From sequence record MG592671.1: 64,000 nt of DNA; one strand, 5' to 3'. Positions within the stretch are counted from its first letter, which is position 1. Every line of letters starts with the position of its first letter. Of the stretch, positions 10,036-19,111 are shown one piece after another. Position numbers and translations under genes: made by a program. The notes below the pieces were generated by a model, which saw only the letters and a program-made list of their open reading frames with translations, ran no database searches and had not been told where the DNA came from.

Positions 10036-10464
10036 GTGCTTGGTCACCAAGCACCTAGAATATTAACGGAGCATTGTCATATGACGTGTAACGAAGTTAA
10101 GATATGGGATAACAAGTACAAAGACCATGATGGCTTTATTGATCTAGGGTCGTGCTCAGGTCTAGCAAATCGTGTTCTTCATGAACTATATGCTTTTCCT
10201 AGTAGTTTCCCTGGACACTTTGAAGTAGGTGCTCGCTTCGGCATTGATAGTGACTATTCATCAATGTGTACCCTTAGTATGGGTGGTCCAGAAGGGCTAG
10301 CATATACTGTTCGTAGAAATACCAAATGTCATGGAGATAAGTTTGTGTATTTGGAGATTTACGAAGCACATAAACGTTTGTACGAAACAGATGCTTGGAA
10401 ATCTAGAGAGCATCTACGAACAAGAGAAGACGCAAATGGATATTATAATCCTTGGAGCTCCTAG
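10036..10464 (+). CDS. hypothetical protein
   Basis: ORF in track; start uncertain (GTG 10036 or ATG 10081 after GGAG). Confidence 0.55.
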   Translation: MLGHQAPRILTEHCHMTCNEVKIWDNKYKDHDGFIDLGSCSGLANRVLHELYAFPSSFPGHFEVGARFGIDSDYSSMCTLSMGGPEGLAYTVRRNTKCHGDKFVYLEIYEAHKRLYETDAWKSREHLRTREDANGYYNPWSS

Positions 10465-10759
10465 AACTCCACACATTGAGGCTATGATCAAAGCGCTCAA
10501 AGCCTCAAACTTAGAGATTAACATTTCCTTCGCTAGCGAAGGAAATGATGCTAAGGATTCCGAGATACTAAAAGTGGTTGATTATTTTGATATAGATGCT
10601 TCTGTTCTTAATCATGCCTCTGATACTTGGGTACTACAAAAGCATCGCGCCGCAGATGATTGCTTCAGACGCCAAGTTCCAAAGTCCTTAGCTGATCGTA
10701 ACCGCATCGATCCTGGGTGGTGGAACAATATAGGTAAAGGTAAGCGACGCAAGTGGTAA
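10436..10759 (+). CDS. hypothetical protein
   Basis: likely ATG 10436 (MDIIILGAPRT). Confidence 0.55.
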   Translation: MDIIILGAPRTPHIEAMIKALKASNLEINISFASEGNDAKDSEILKVVDYFDIDASVLNHASDTWVLQKHRAADDCFRRQVPKSLADRNRIDPGWWNNIGKGKRRKW

Positions 10760-10777
10760 AGCTTTCGTGTAATAATC

Positions 10778-10800
10778 CACAACTAATGTGTTATATTAGT
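10778..10800 (+). promoter_or_regulatory. phage-specific promoter motif upstream of polX
   Basis: CACAACTAATGTGTTATATTAGT. Confidence 0.6.
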
Positions 10801-10833
10801 GTATAAGATATAACACATTTGGACTCCAATGCC

Positions 10834-11598
10834 ATGACTAAAACAGTACATCCAATAAACATTAAAGTTGCAAACCATCTCCTATATGTATCCCAGTTAA
10901 TGAAACAGGCTGATGAAGTGCACTACAAAATTCAACCATTTATCCGCAATGCAAAGGCCGTAAAAGATTGTGAGTATGAGATGCATAAAGTATCTGATCA
11001 TTACTTACTAAGCTGGAAAGGTTTAGGAAAGGCAGTCTTGAGAGAGATTCGCGAGTTCTTAGATAACGGCTCTCAAACCACTAAAGTCCAAAAGTATTTT
11101 CACTTAAAGGACCCTTCATACAGACCTCACCAAGAAGCACATAATATTGCAACATCGCTCAAGGATATTTTAGTTGAGGATTTTGCAGGTCACTACTTAG
11201 TTGATATTTGTGGATCTATAAGACGCAATGCCCCATTTTGTCGAGATATAGATATTATAACTACTGCTCCGGCTGAGTTAATATACGATATATTCGAAGA
11301 TTGTGAATTTGCAGTTAAGTATGGCGGTGATAAACGAATTCGCTTTGAAGCATATGGATTTGGTGTAGATGTTCGATGTATTTGTCCAGAGAAATACCAG
11401 TTCATGCTTTTACACTATACTGGTTCTGCATCTCATAACATTTTTCTTAGAAAAGAAGCAATAAAAAAGGGATGGACGTTATCTGAAAATGGACTGTATC
11501 GAACAGTTGATAAAGAGGATGTGCTCCCATCACCAAACACAGAGAAGGCAATTTTTAATATGCTAGGCGTGGACTATGTCGCGCCTGAATTTAGATAG
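10834..11598 (+). CDS. polX: DNA polymerase X (beta family), no PHP domain
   Basis: GLGKA HhH, GSIRR...RDIDII (DxD), VDVR, LLHYTGS..HNI.LR..A...GW.LSENGLY, IF..LG.DYV.PE.R. Confidence 0.88.
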   Translation: MTKTVHPINIKVANHLLYVSQLMKQADEVHYKIQPFIRNAKAVKDCEYEMHKVSDHYLLSWKGLGKAVLREIREFLDNGSQTTKVQKYFHLKDPSYRPHQEAHNIATSLKDILVEDFAGHYLVDICGSIRRNAPFCRDIDIITTAPAELIYDIFEDCEFAVKYGGDKRIRFEAYGFGVDVRCICPEKYQFMLLHYTGSASHNIFLRKEAIKKGWTLSENGLYRTVDKEDVLPSPNTEKAIFNMLGVDYVAPEFR

Positions 11599-11609
11599 CT
11601 GTTAAAATC

Positions 11610-11634
11610 CGCAACTAATGTGTTATATGTTATT
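11610..11634 (+). promoter_or_regulatory. phage-specific promoter motif upstream of sigma factor 1
   Basis: CGCAACTAATGTGTTATATGTTATT. Confidence 0.6.
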
Positions 11635-11728
11635 GTAAGTCAAGCGTAACATATAAAATTGACTCACAATTGGATAGTTAATAAAAACACAACCACTGTG
11701 CAAAAACAAACCCCAAAAGGAATAGTCC

Positions 11729-12841
11729 ATGACAGACGTAAAATCTATATTCAAAGCTCTTGCAACAATGACAAACGAGGAACTAGTTAAAGTTGCTCAG
11801 GAGTCTAATATAGAGGCAGTTAAAAAGAAAGCAGTAGAACGCATTGTCATTAAGAACCGTGGTTTAGTCCGTCGTGTAGCACATGCTTATCCCATTTACA
11901 ACACTGAATTTGAGAACCGAGAGCAAGACGGGATGATCGGACTTTTAACAGCTATTAACAAATTTGATGATAATCAAAAAGTTCAGTTTTCAACGTATGC
12001 TTGGACTTGGATCAAGCAAGCAATCATAGAAGAAGGCAATGAGGCAGGAAATGTAATACGTGTTCCTAGACACGTTGCTGAAGCTAGGATGAAAGTGAAT
12101 AAAGTTCGAAATCGTTTCATGAAAGAGGAAGGTCGCTTCCCGTCAATTGAAGAGATGGTAAAACTGTGTAAAACTGTAAAGAAAGACCTAGTAGAATACA
12201 TTATTGCTGGACAAGGCACAGTTTCTGGATCAATTGATGCCCCTGTTAGTGCAGGTGATGAGGCGTTAAGTGCTCATGATATACACGGTGGGCCAGAGTT
12301 GATTGCTGGTATGGTAGGCGAGCATAACATGCAGCTTTTAGTAAAAGCAATTGCCACTATGCACCCTAATGAGCAATTCATGTTAAATGCTGTGTTTGGT
12401 CTAACAGAAGATCATGAAGCATATAATTTTAGTGAATTGGTAGGATGTGTTGAGCGAGCAGACGGAGCTACATTAAACAACGTTACTTCAGTTTCACGTC
12501 AATACCATGCCTTAGTTAAGGTGTTGATTGATCGTATTGATGATGAGCGTATTAAAGCTTATCATGCGCCTAAAAAGGTGGAGTTAACATTTGAGACTCT
12601 TCTAGCTAGAACAACCCCTTCTGTGTTGATGCGCGAGATTAACAAATTACACTACAACGAGCAATTTATCATCCAAGCCCATAATGGATTACTTGAAGAT
12701 GATGACGAGTCGTGGAGTCTTGAAGATATGGTGGGAAATGTTTTTGACTCACAAGAAACTCCTCTTGAAACTGTATCACAAGTTCGCGCTGAATACAAAT
12801 CTTTATTACGTTGGTTAGAACGTCAAATATTAGATCAATAA
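11729..12841 (+). CDS. phage RNA polymerase sigma-70 family factor (RpoD/RpoS-like region 2) with tandem duplicated region-4-like domain
   Basis: KNRGLVRRVAHAY..EQDGMIGLLTAINKFD....FSTYAWTWIKQAI..IRVP; region 3 SIDAPV; two HxNEQF...GL.ED repeats. Confidence 0.85.
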   Translation: MTDVKSIFKALATMTNEELVKVAQESNIEAVKKKAVERIVIKNRGLVRRVAHAYPIYNTEFENREQDGMIGLLTAINKFDDNQKVQFSTYAWTWIKQAIIEEGNEAGNVIRVPRHVAEARMKVNKVRNRFMKEEGRFPSIEEMVKLCKTVKKDLVEYIIAGQGTVSGSIDAPVSAGDEALSAHDIHGGPELIAGMVGEHNMQLLVKAIATMHPNEQFMLNAVFGLTEDHEAYNFSELVGCVERADGATLNNVTSVSRQYHALVKVLIDRIDDERIKAYHAPKKVELTFETLLARTTPSVLMREINKLHYNEQFIIQAHNGLLEDDDESWSLEDMVGNVFDSQETPLETVSQVRAEYKSLLRWLERQILDQ

Positions 12842-12865
12842 CAATATATTGGATATTGTTAAATT

Positions 12866-12908
12866 CGCAACTAATGTTTTATATTATAATGTAAGCGACG
12901 TCGCTTAC
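12866..12908 (+). promoter_or_regulatory. phage-specific promoter + 5' leader hairpin
   Basis: CGCAACTAATGTTTTATATTATAAT then TAAGCGACGTCGCTTA. Confidence 0.7.
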
Positions 12909-12934
12909 ATTATCCTAATTAAAGAGAGCTATAT

Positions 12935-13612
12935 ATGACTACTGTTTTTGATGCAATGATGACTGAATCTGCACTTGATCTTAACTCTGATAACAACGAA
13001 CTGTGCGAGACGTGCATTGATCACGGACATGATGAATGTTTGTGTGGTGCCAAAGAAGAAGAGAACAAAGGCGAAACAAAAATGTTTACTAGTATCTCTG
13101 GTAGCATTGATGAACAAATAGCGAAGCTTGAAGCTCTTAAGGCAGAAAAAGAGGAAGAGGAAGAGCTTGATCGTATCCAAGCAGAAGCTGAAGAAGATAG
13201 CGAAGAGGCAAAAGCTCAAAAACTAGCTGAGAAAAAGAAGAAGCGTTTAGAAGCAGCTCGTGCTCGCTTTATGAAAAAAGTTGAAAGTACATATAACATT
13301 GATATTGCAGAACACACTCGAACATACCGCACTGAATCAAAAAATGCCGTTGGAGGCGAACTTGTGGAAATGATTGTCCATAGTGGAAGTGCTACTGTGT
13401 ATGTAGGTTATCCACAACCAAATGCGCCTCAAGTGCAAGCTAATGCGTCAAACGATCGTGGTGGACGTAAGTTAAGCATTGATGAAGATGATCTGCACGG
13501 AACTGTTGGTTCTAATGGCGTAGACCGTCGTTCTAAAATGACTGCGGCGCAAAAAGAGAAAGTGTGTGCTTCAATTAAGGCTGAAACTGCTGCAATTACT
13601 TTGTGGGATTAA
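12935..13612 (+). CDS. acidic coiled-coil hypothetical protein with N-terminal Cys cluster
   Basis: CETCIDHGHDECLC, Glu/Lys-rich coil. Confidence 0.7.
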   Translation: MTTVFDAMMTESALDLNSDNNELCETCIDHGHDECLCGAKEEENKGETKMFTSISGSIDEQIAKLEALKAEKEEEEELDRIQAEAEEDSEEAKAQKLAEKKKKRLEAARARFMKKVESTYNIDIAEHTRTYRTESKNAVGGELVEMIVHSGSATVYVGYPQPNAPQVQANASNDRGGRKLSIDEDDLHGTVGSNGVDRRSKMTAAQKEKVCASIKAETAAITLWD

Positions 13613-13623
13613 CACCCTATACA

Positions 13624-13649
13624 AAAAGGCTGCCCTAGGGCAGCCTTTT
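13624..13649 (+). terminator. perfect palindromic terminator
   Basis: AAAAGGCTGCCCTAGGGCAGCCTTTT. Confidence 0.7.
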
Positions 13650-13685
13650 CTGCGTACTAACAACTCATTAACTAAGAGAAACATC

Positions 13686-14381
13686 ATGACTATTAACGTT
13701 TTAGATTACCGTCCTTTATGTGTTAAGATTGCAAGCACGTACCACACTAAGTCCAACGCTATTGATAAGGATGACCTTATCCAAGAAGGCATGGTTGGTT
13801 TGTGTAATGCGCTAAAGAACTTTGATGAAACTCGTGGAGTGCCATTTGCTGCATTCGCTCGCTGGTACATTAAAGATGCTATGAGCAAATGTGCGTTCAA
13901 GAACTTCACACACGTTAAGGTAGCAGGAGAAGGCGGTCGACACCACGCTAAACTGTTCGCTAACTTGCACAAGTACCGTAAATCAGGACAGTTCTTGACA
14001 TTACAAGAAGCGGAACTTGCTTCTAAAGAACTAGCAGTTCCAATCGAATACATTTGGGATATGGAAAATATATTAGTTGATCGTACGTTTCATATTGATC
14101 AACAAGTACAGGACATGGAAGGTACTACAGGTCATGAGCTTCTTTCAGATTGTTTAGATGAGAGTTTGTCAATTGCCATCTCTGATATTAAACAAGAAAG
14201 TCAGCTTAAATGTATGATTGAGGCATTAGAGCCTCGCTACCAAGCGATCATTAATGGTCGCTTCCTAAAAGAAAAACCTTTACCACGTAAAACGATTGCT
14301 GAGGATCTAGGTATTAGTCAGCAACGTGTTGCTCAACTAGAAAAGAATGCTATCTCTTTATTACAAGAAATGACTGCTTAA
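13686..14381 (+). CDS. phage sigma-70 family factor, RpoH (sigma32)-like
   Basis: DDLIQEGMVGL..ALKNFD..RGVPFAAFARWYIK; KLFANLHK resembles RpoH box KLFFNLRK; C-terminal GISQQRVAQLEKNA; likely ATG 13686. Confidence 0.85.
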   Translation: MTINVLDYRPLCVKIASTYHTKSNAIDKDDLIQEGMVGLCNALKNFDETRGVPFAAFARWYIKDAMSKCAFKNFTHVKVAGEGGRHHAKLFANLHKYRKSGQFLTLQEAELASKELAVPIEYIWDMENILVDRTFHIDQQVQDMEGTTGHELLSDCLDESLSIAISDIKQESQLKCMIEALEPRYQAIINGRFLKEKPLPRKTIAEDLGISQQRVAQLEKNAISLLQEMTA

Positions 14382-14397
14382 ATTAGAGGAACTAATT

Positions 14398-14550
14398 ATG
14401 TCTAAAGCACTACGTGATGCCTTGAAAGAAGCCGGTTTCAATGAAATGTCTCGTCGTGGGCTTCCTAAGCCACCTCGCGCTAAGAAGTCACAACCAGCTA
14501 AGGCAACTATTGTTATTAAGCGTTCTATTAAGAAACTAGTCCAGGAGTAG
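14398..14550 (+). CDS. small basic protein (50 aa, not in ORF track)
   Basis: MSKALRDALKEAGFNEMSRRGLPKPPRAKK...; AGAGGA RBS. Confidence 0.55.
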   Translation: MSKALRDALKEAGFNEMSRRGLPKPPRAKKSQPAKATIVIKRSIKKLVQE

Positions 14551-14552
14551 AC

Positions 14553-14885
14553 ATGATCTTACCAATGTGCAATGTGTCCCCTGTTACACCAAGCTTTATT
14601 AAATCCGTAACAGATCCAGAGACAAACGTAACTATTGCCATTTACTCTCCAGCTCAAGGTCTTTGGAAGCCGCGTGATACTGGCGGTGAAGTCATTCAAC
14701 ATAAACCAAGCTTCATTTACTCAGTATTAGTACATCATGCTGAGTACTGGGAAAAGAAACTCCAGACAAATCTCACCCCATTTATGCAAGAAGTTGCAGA
14801 ATCACAACTCGCTCTTCATAAACAAGAGCTCGAGCACGAACAATGGGATCTGCTTCACAAATATGACTTAAGACATATGCACTAA
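14553..14885 (+). CDS. hypothetical protein
   Basis: 110 aa ORF, AGGAG RBS. Confidence 0.6.
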   Translation: MILPMCNVSPVTPSFIKSVTDPETNVTIAIYSPAQGLWKPRDTGGEVIQHKPSFIYSVLVHHAEYWEKKLQTNLTPFMQEVAESQLALHKQELEHEQWDLLHKYDLRHMH

Positions 14886-14896
14886 AAGGAGTTTAT

Positions 14897-15649
14897 ATGA
14901 GTCATGAACCTCGGCTAATCATCTTCTCAGGGGCTGGGCTAGACGCTGCCTCTGGTATCCCAACGTTCCGCGATTCAAACGGCCTATGGGAAGGCAACGA
15001 TGTCATGGAAGTATGTACTATGAGCACGTTCGAACAGAACTACGAGAAAGTGCATCGCTTCTATAACCAAATGCGTACTGCTCTTGCTAACGTTGAGCCA
15101 AATTCTGCCCACAAGTTCATTGCGGAGATGCAGGATGAGTATGGCGCCGCTCGTGTTGTAAACTTCACAGCTAACGTATCTGATCTATTAGAGCGAGCTA
15201 ACGTACAGAACGTTCGCCACGTACATGGTATCCTAACTGAGATCATTACAGACTACAAAGGTCCTGATCATGAAACTAAGACAGTTGGATACACTGAGTA
15301 CGATTTTGAACAAGATCGTATTGATGCTCGTACGTTCCAGCCTAACTGTAAACCTAACGTTGTATTCTTTGGTGAAATGGCACCGATGTATGCAGAGATG
15401 GACTATATTTTGCAAGGACTTCGTCCACAAGATACATTTGTGATTGTAGGTAGTACACTTGAGGTAAATCCTGTTCATCATTATGCGTGGGGTAAAGACT
15501 GCTATAGTGTGATCATTAATCCAAGCTATAAAGAGGGCAGTGAAAGTCCTTTAGACATTGCTGGGATGACGGTAACATCAGCGTTGTCACTAACTGCTGA
15601 GGATGGGTTTGAATGCATTCGAGACTTAATCAAAAAACGAATGGGTTAA
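14897..15649 (+). CDS. Sir2/sirtuin-family NAD-dependent deacylase
   Basis: FSGAGL.A.SGIPTFR...GLW, HVHG, KPNVVFFGE, VGSTLEV; lacks CxxC zinc ribbon. Confidence 0.88.
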   Translation: MSHEPRLIIFSGAGLDAASGIPTFRDSNGLWEGNDVMEVCTMSTFEQNYEKVHRFYNQMRTALANVEPNSAHKFIAEMQDEYGAARVVNFTANVSDLLERANVQNVRHVHGILTEIITDYKGPDHETKTVGYTEYDFEQDRIDARTFQPNCKPNVVFFGEMAPMYAEMDYILQGLRPQDTFVIVGSTLEVNPVHHYAWGKDCYSVIINPSYKEGSESPLDIAGMTVTSALSLTAEDGFECIRDLIKKRMG

Positions 15650-15651
15650 CT

Positions 15652-16071
15652 ATGTCATTAATCAAATTATTTTGTGATGTCCAGCGTACTCGATCAAATG
15701 CTGCTAAGGACGCCTTGTGCGAAGGCTTAATGGAGCGCAGAGCTCCTAGTGATCTGGCTATTGGTATGTTGCGCATATTAATGAAAGAAGGGCATAGCTT
15801 TCGCCCAAAAGACGCGCCTTTGTTTGATAAGTTATCAAAGCACTACCACAGAGATATTGTTAAATTGAATACTAGCTCTGATCCTGAAGCGTGGGACAAA
15901 GTCCATTTTCCAACAGAGAAGTATCTCGCTGCCGGAAAAATAATCAGTGATCTTGAGATAGCAGATCTATCTAATCCTACCGAAGAAGATCTAATCACAA
16001 TTGCATTAGCTGGCATAACTGATGAAGAGTTTGAAACGTTTAAGAGCTACGAGCTTACAATGCAACCATAA
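15652..16071 (+). CDS. hypothetical protein
   Basis: likely ATG 15652. Confidence 0.6.
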   Translation: MSLIKLFCDVQRTRSNAAKDALCEGLMERRAPSDLAIGMLRILMKEGHSFRPKDAPLFDKLSKHYHRDIVKLNTSSDPEAWDKVHFPTEKYLAAGKIISDLEIADLSNPTEEDLITIALAGITDEEFETFKSYELTMQP

Positions 16072-16135
16072 CAATATGTTATAATATAATGTAGGGGTCG
16101 TGTGCCCCTTGTATTAACTAAACTTGGAGACTTTC

Positions 16136-17575
16136 ATGTCCATAAAGCCAATTATTCTCGCGCTTCGTGCCACTTCAGGCAAGAACGATACTGTAGCTCT
16201 ACTGTCCAAACACAAAGCAAACGCTACTCTTAAAGAGTTTATGCGCTTGGCACTTGACAATCGTATTAAATTTAACATCAAGAAAATCCCAGAGTACGTA
16301 AGTGGACCTGTGTCTATTACGTTAGACGACGCAATGGCCGGTCTTACTGCATTGTCAGATCGTACCTTAACAGGACATGAAGCTCGTGATCATTTAGCGC
16401 ACTTATTGTCTAGTTTAGCACCAGATGATGCTGAAATGTTGGAGTTGATCATTACTGGTAAAATTGATTGTGGTATGTCCAAAAAGACTGCCAACAAGGT
16501 GTGGGGCTCAAGCTTTATCCGAGATAAATCATACATGCGTTGTGCTCTTAGTACCCCAGAAAACTGCGCTAATATTCCTATGCCAGCTATCCTAGAGATG
16601 AAAATGGATGGTAAATATTCAGATCATTTCACTGATCCTGATAACGAAACTTACCTTGCTGAGTCTCGCGAAGGAGTAGCATCAAATTTCCTCGAGAGCT
16701 TTGACGATTTGTTCCTAACACTTGCTGAGCTACTTCAAGATGATCATCCAGAGATTGACGCGCCAGTATTCCAAGGCGAGTTACTTGCACAAGACGTAGA
16801 TGGTAATATTGTATCACGCCAAATTAGCAATGGTATTGCAGCTAAGGCAGCTGAGTCTAACGACACTATTACTCAAGCCGAAGCTGATTCAATGATTGCT
16901 GTTATTTGGGATGTAGTCCCTAAAGCAGATCATGATGTTGGTATTTGGCGTAAGAAACGTCTTGCTCGTTTGCAAATGATCGAAAAGTGTGTTAGTGAAC
17001 TAGGCTCATCGAGAATTCGAGTAATACCATACGTGATAGTTAACTCACTAGAAGAAGCATTTAAGCAAAATTCTAAATGGCAGCAAGAAGGTCATGAAGG
17101 TTCTGTGCTAAAAAGCGTCAATGGTATTTGGAAATCAGGTACCTCTAAAGAGCAATTGAAGATGAAAGTGAAGGCTTCTAGTGAATTTAAAGTTGTAGGC
17201 ATTGAAGAAGGCACAGGGAAGATGGCTGGCATGATGGGTTCTTTGCTATTTGAATCAGCATGTGGTAAGATCAAAGGATCTGTAGGATCTGGGTGGAAGA
17301 TCAAACTACCTGCTAAAGGTGAGTACGGAGAGGAGATGCTTCGTCAACATATTTGGGATAACTTTGATAAGTTATACAAAGACAAGATTCTCACTATTTG
17401 CTATAATGACATCACAATTGGTAAGAACTCAGAGCATTATGCGTTGAGTCATCCAAGCATTGACCTTAAAGAAGGTGCGTGGCGAGATCCAGATGAAAAG
17501 ACAGATGCAGACACGTTAGAGAAGTGTTTAGCTGAGCTAAACTCAGCTAAGTATGTTGATGATCTAACAGAGTAA
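16136..17575 (+). CDS. ATP-dependent DNA ligase (T4 gp30-like)
   Basis: helical N-terminal domain, motif I EMKMDG, FQGEL, EGSVLK, LKMK, GTGK.AG.MGS OB-fold, GSVGSG. Confidence 0.9.
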   Translation: MSIKPIILALRATSGKNDTVALLSKHKANATLKEFMRLALDNRIKFNIKKIPEYVSGPVSITLDDAMAGLTALSDRTLTGHEARDHLAHLLSSLAPDDAEMLELIITGKIDCGMSKKTANKVWGSSFIRDKSYMRCALSTPENCANIPMPAILEMKMDGKYSDHFTDPDNETYLAESREGVASNFLESFDDLFLTLAELLQDDHPEIDAPVFQGELLAQDVDGNIVSRQISNGIAAKAAESNDTITQAEADSMIAVIWDVVPKADHDVGIWRKKRLARLQMIEKCVSELGSSRIRVIPYVIVNSLEEAFKQNSKWQQEGHEGSVLKSVNGIWKSGTSKEQLKMKVKASSEFKVVGIEEGTGKMAGMMGSLLFESACGKIKGSVGSGWKIKLPAKGEYGEEMLRQHIWDNFDKLYKDKILTICYNDITIGKNSEHYALSHPSIDLKEGAWRDPDEKTDADTLEKCLAELNSAKYVDDLTE

Positions 17576-17580
17576 GTCAA

Positions 17581-18312
17581 TTACGGCTGGGTGGATCTTA
17601 CTTCCCACCCAGCCGTATTGTTCCTTTTAGTAGGACCTGGCTTAGTTCCTAAAGGAACAACACCTTTATCGATATATTTGCGTATACAGTTTTTACTGAT
17701 ATTCTTATCGTCACAAAACTGACGCAAAGCTCCTGTAACTTTAGTCACTTCAGTCACTTCATTTAGAGGTGATATAAACCAGAAAGTTTTAGCATTATTA
17801 TTAGTAGAACCCTTCCCGCGACCTTTTGCTGCTTTTGACATATTATCTTTACCTTTTTGCGACGTAGTTGTTCCTTTCCTATATGAATTCCCTGAGTTAG
17901 CGGCTGAGATTTTATCTTTAGTTTTCTGGATGTGTTTCTTCCTCCAACGAGGTGAATTTTCACCTGAACGAGTGCGTGACATCTCATCTATAGTTTCCTG
18001 ACTGTGCTTTTTTCCTAACATTGGAGCATCCCCTCCAAGAGTTGAGTTGTATCCATTTTTATAAGAATTGTAGGATTCAATCAGTTGGACCTCTGCAGTA
18101 TTAAGAGTATATTCAGCATCAAATCCCACAAACAAAATATCTATCACAAAATCCTCTAATCCGTATTTCCTCAACGCACGATAGAACTTATAATCTTGTT
18201 GCTTATTGAAGGCATTCCGTCTGTGCTGATTCTGTCGTTCTTTAAAATCAGAAGTGAATCCTATATACATCTTACCTGATGTTTGTGAAGTGTACCTATA
18301 GACATAAAACAT
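17581..18312 (-). mobile_element. free-standing GIY-YIG homing endonuclease with NUMOD3-like repeats
   Basis: YVYRYT...GKMYIG.T...R...H, KFYRALRKYG, E..LI..YNS..NGYN.T.GG, KHSQET/KHIQKTK. Confidence 0.85.
17582..17617. terminator. 13-bp hairpin between convergent ligase and HEG
   Basis: TACGGCTGGGTGG / CCACCCAGCCGTA perfect arms. Confidence 0.55.
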
Positions 18313-18375
18313 ATACTCATCCTTTTAGTTTATTATAACATTACTAGATTGGCGCTCAGTTAATCATAACAAACC

Positions 18376-18400
18376 CACAACTATTGTTTTATAATATATT
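18376..18400 (+). promoter_or_regulatory. phage-specific promoter motif
   Basis: CACAACTATTGTTTTATAATATATT. Confidence 0.6.
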
Positions 18401-18434
18401 ATAAGTTAAAAATATATCTAATTAGGAGTTACTT

Positions 18435-18974
18435 ATGAAACCATTAACTACTGTTGTACGCCAAGCTCTTATTAACTGCGGTTACCTTAAGGGAAAGAAT
18501 GCATCAACTACAACCGTGTATCGTGATAAAACGCTCACAACAGATAAGGCTAAGATCAACTTAGGCTGTAAATGGCAAGATGTGGACTTTGATAAGATTA
18601 AACGTGCTATTCACGAAATTGATCCAAAGCGTGCTGAGCATATTGTTGAAATGTATCAAACATCATCAAGTAGACCTAGCTGCTATGTTGTTATCCACTT
18701 TGGAATCACTCAACGAGCGACGAAACAGCGTCGCAAAGAAAAGATTCAGAGAGCAAGTAAGACAGAAGGTCGTCGTGAAGGTGTTGAGCAAGGAAAGAAA
18801 GAAGGGCAACGTGAGCTTCTAGGTCGACTTGCAGGTCTAGGTATTGATCTTGGATGCTTAGTGTGGAAAGCAGAGCAAGAAGCAATCACACGCCGTAATG
18901 AGCTCCTTAAGGAACTTCAAGAAGTGGATAACACAATTCTCGAATCAAGAGAATTGTTTGAGTTAGTTAAGTAA
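18435..18974 (+). CDS. hypothetical protein with coiled-coil C-terminus
   Basis: 179 aa ORF, AGGAG RBS. Confidence 0.7.
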   Translation: MKPLTTVVRQALINCGYLKGKNASTTTVYRDKTLTTDKAKINLGCKWQDVDFDKIKRAIHEIDPKRAEHIVEMYQTSSSRPSCYVVIHFGITQRATKQRRKEKIQRASKTEGRREGVEQGKKEGQRELLGRLAGLGIDLGCLVWKAEQEAITRRNELLKELQEVDNTILESRELFELVK

Positions 18975-18983
18975 TACAACGTT

Positions 18984-19020
18984 AGCCTGTGATCAAAAGT
19001 CACAGGCTTTTTTTGTGACT
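18984..19020 (+). terminator. intrinsic terminator
   Basis: AGCCTGTGA/TCACAGGCT + T-tract + GTGACT. Confidence 0.8.
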
Positions 19021-19111
19021 ACCAAACAACAAACAGAGTATGCAACGTATCACAAGTATTATGTTATAAATAAAAATGTAAACGTATATTTTATTTCCAC
19101 AAGGGGTATTC

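Noticed and set aside
13566-13685. N-terminal extension of sigma factor 2 in the ORF track
   Set aside because: It overlaps the upstream gene end and a terminator; ATG 13686 has the RBS.
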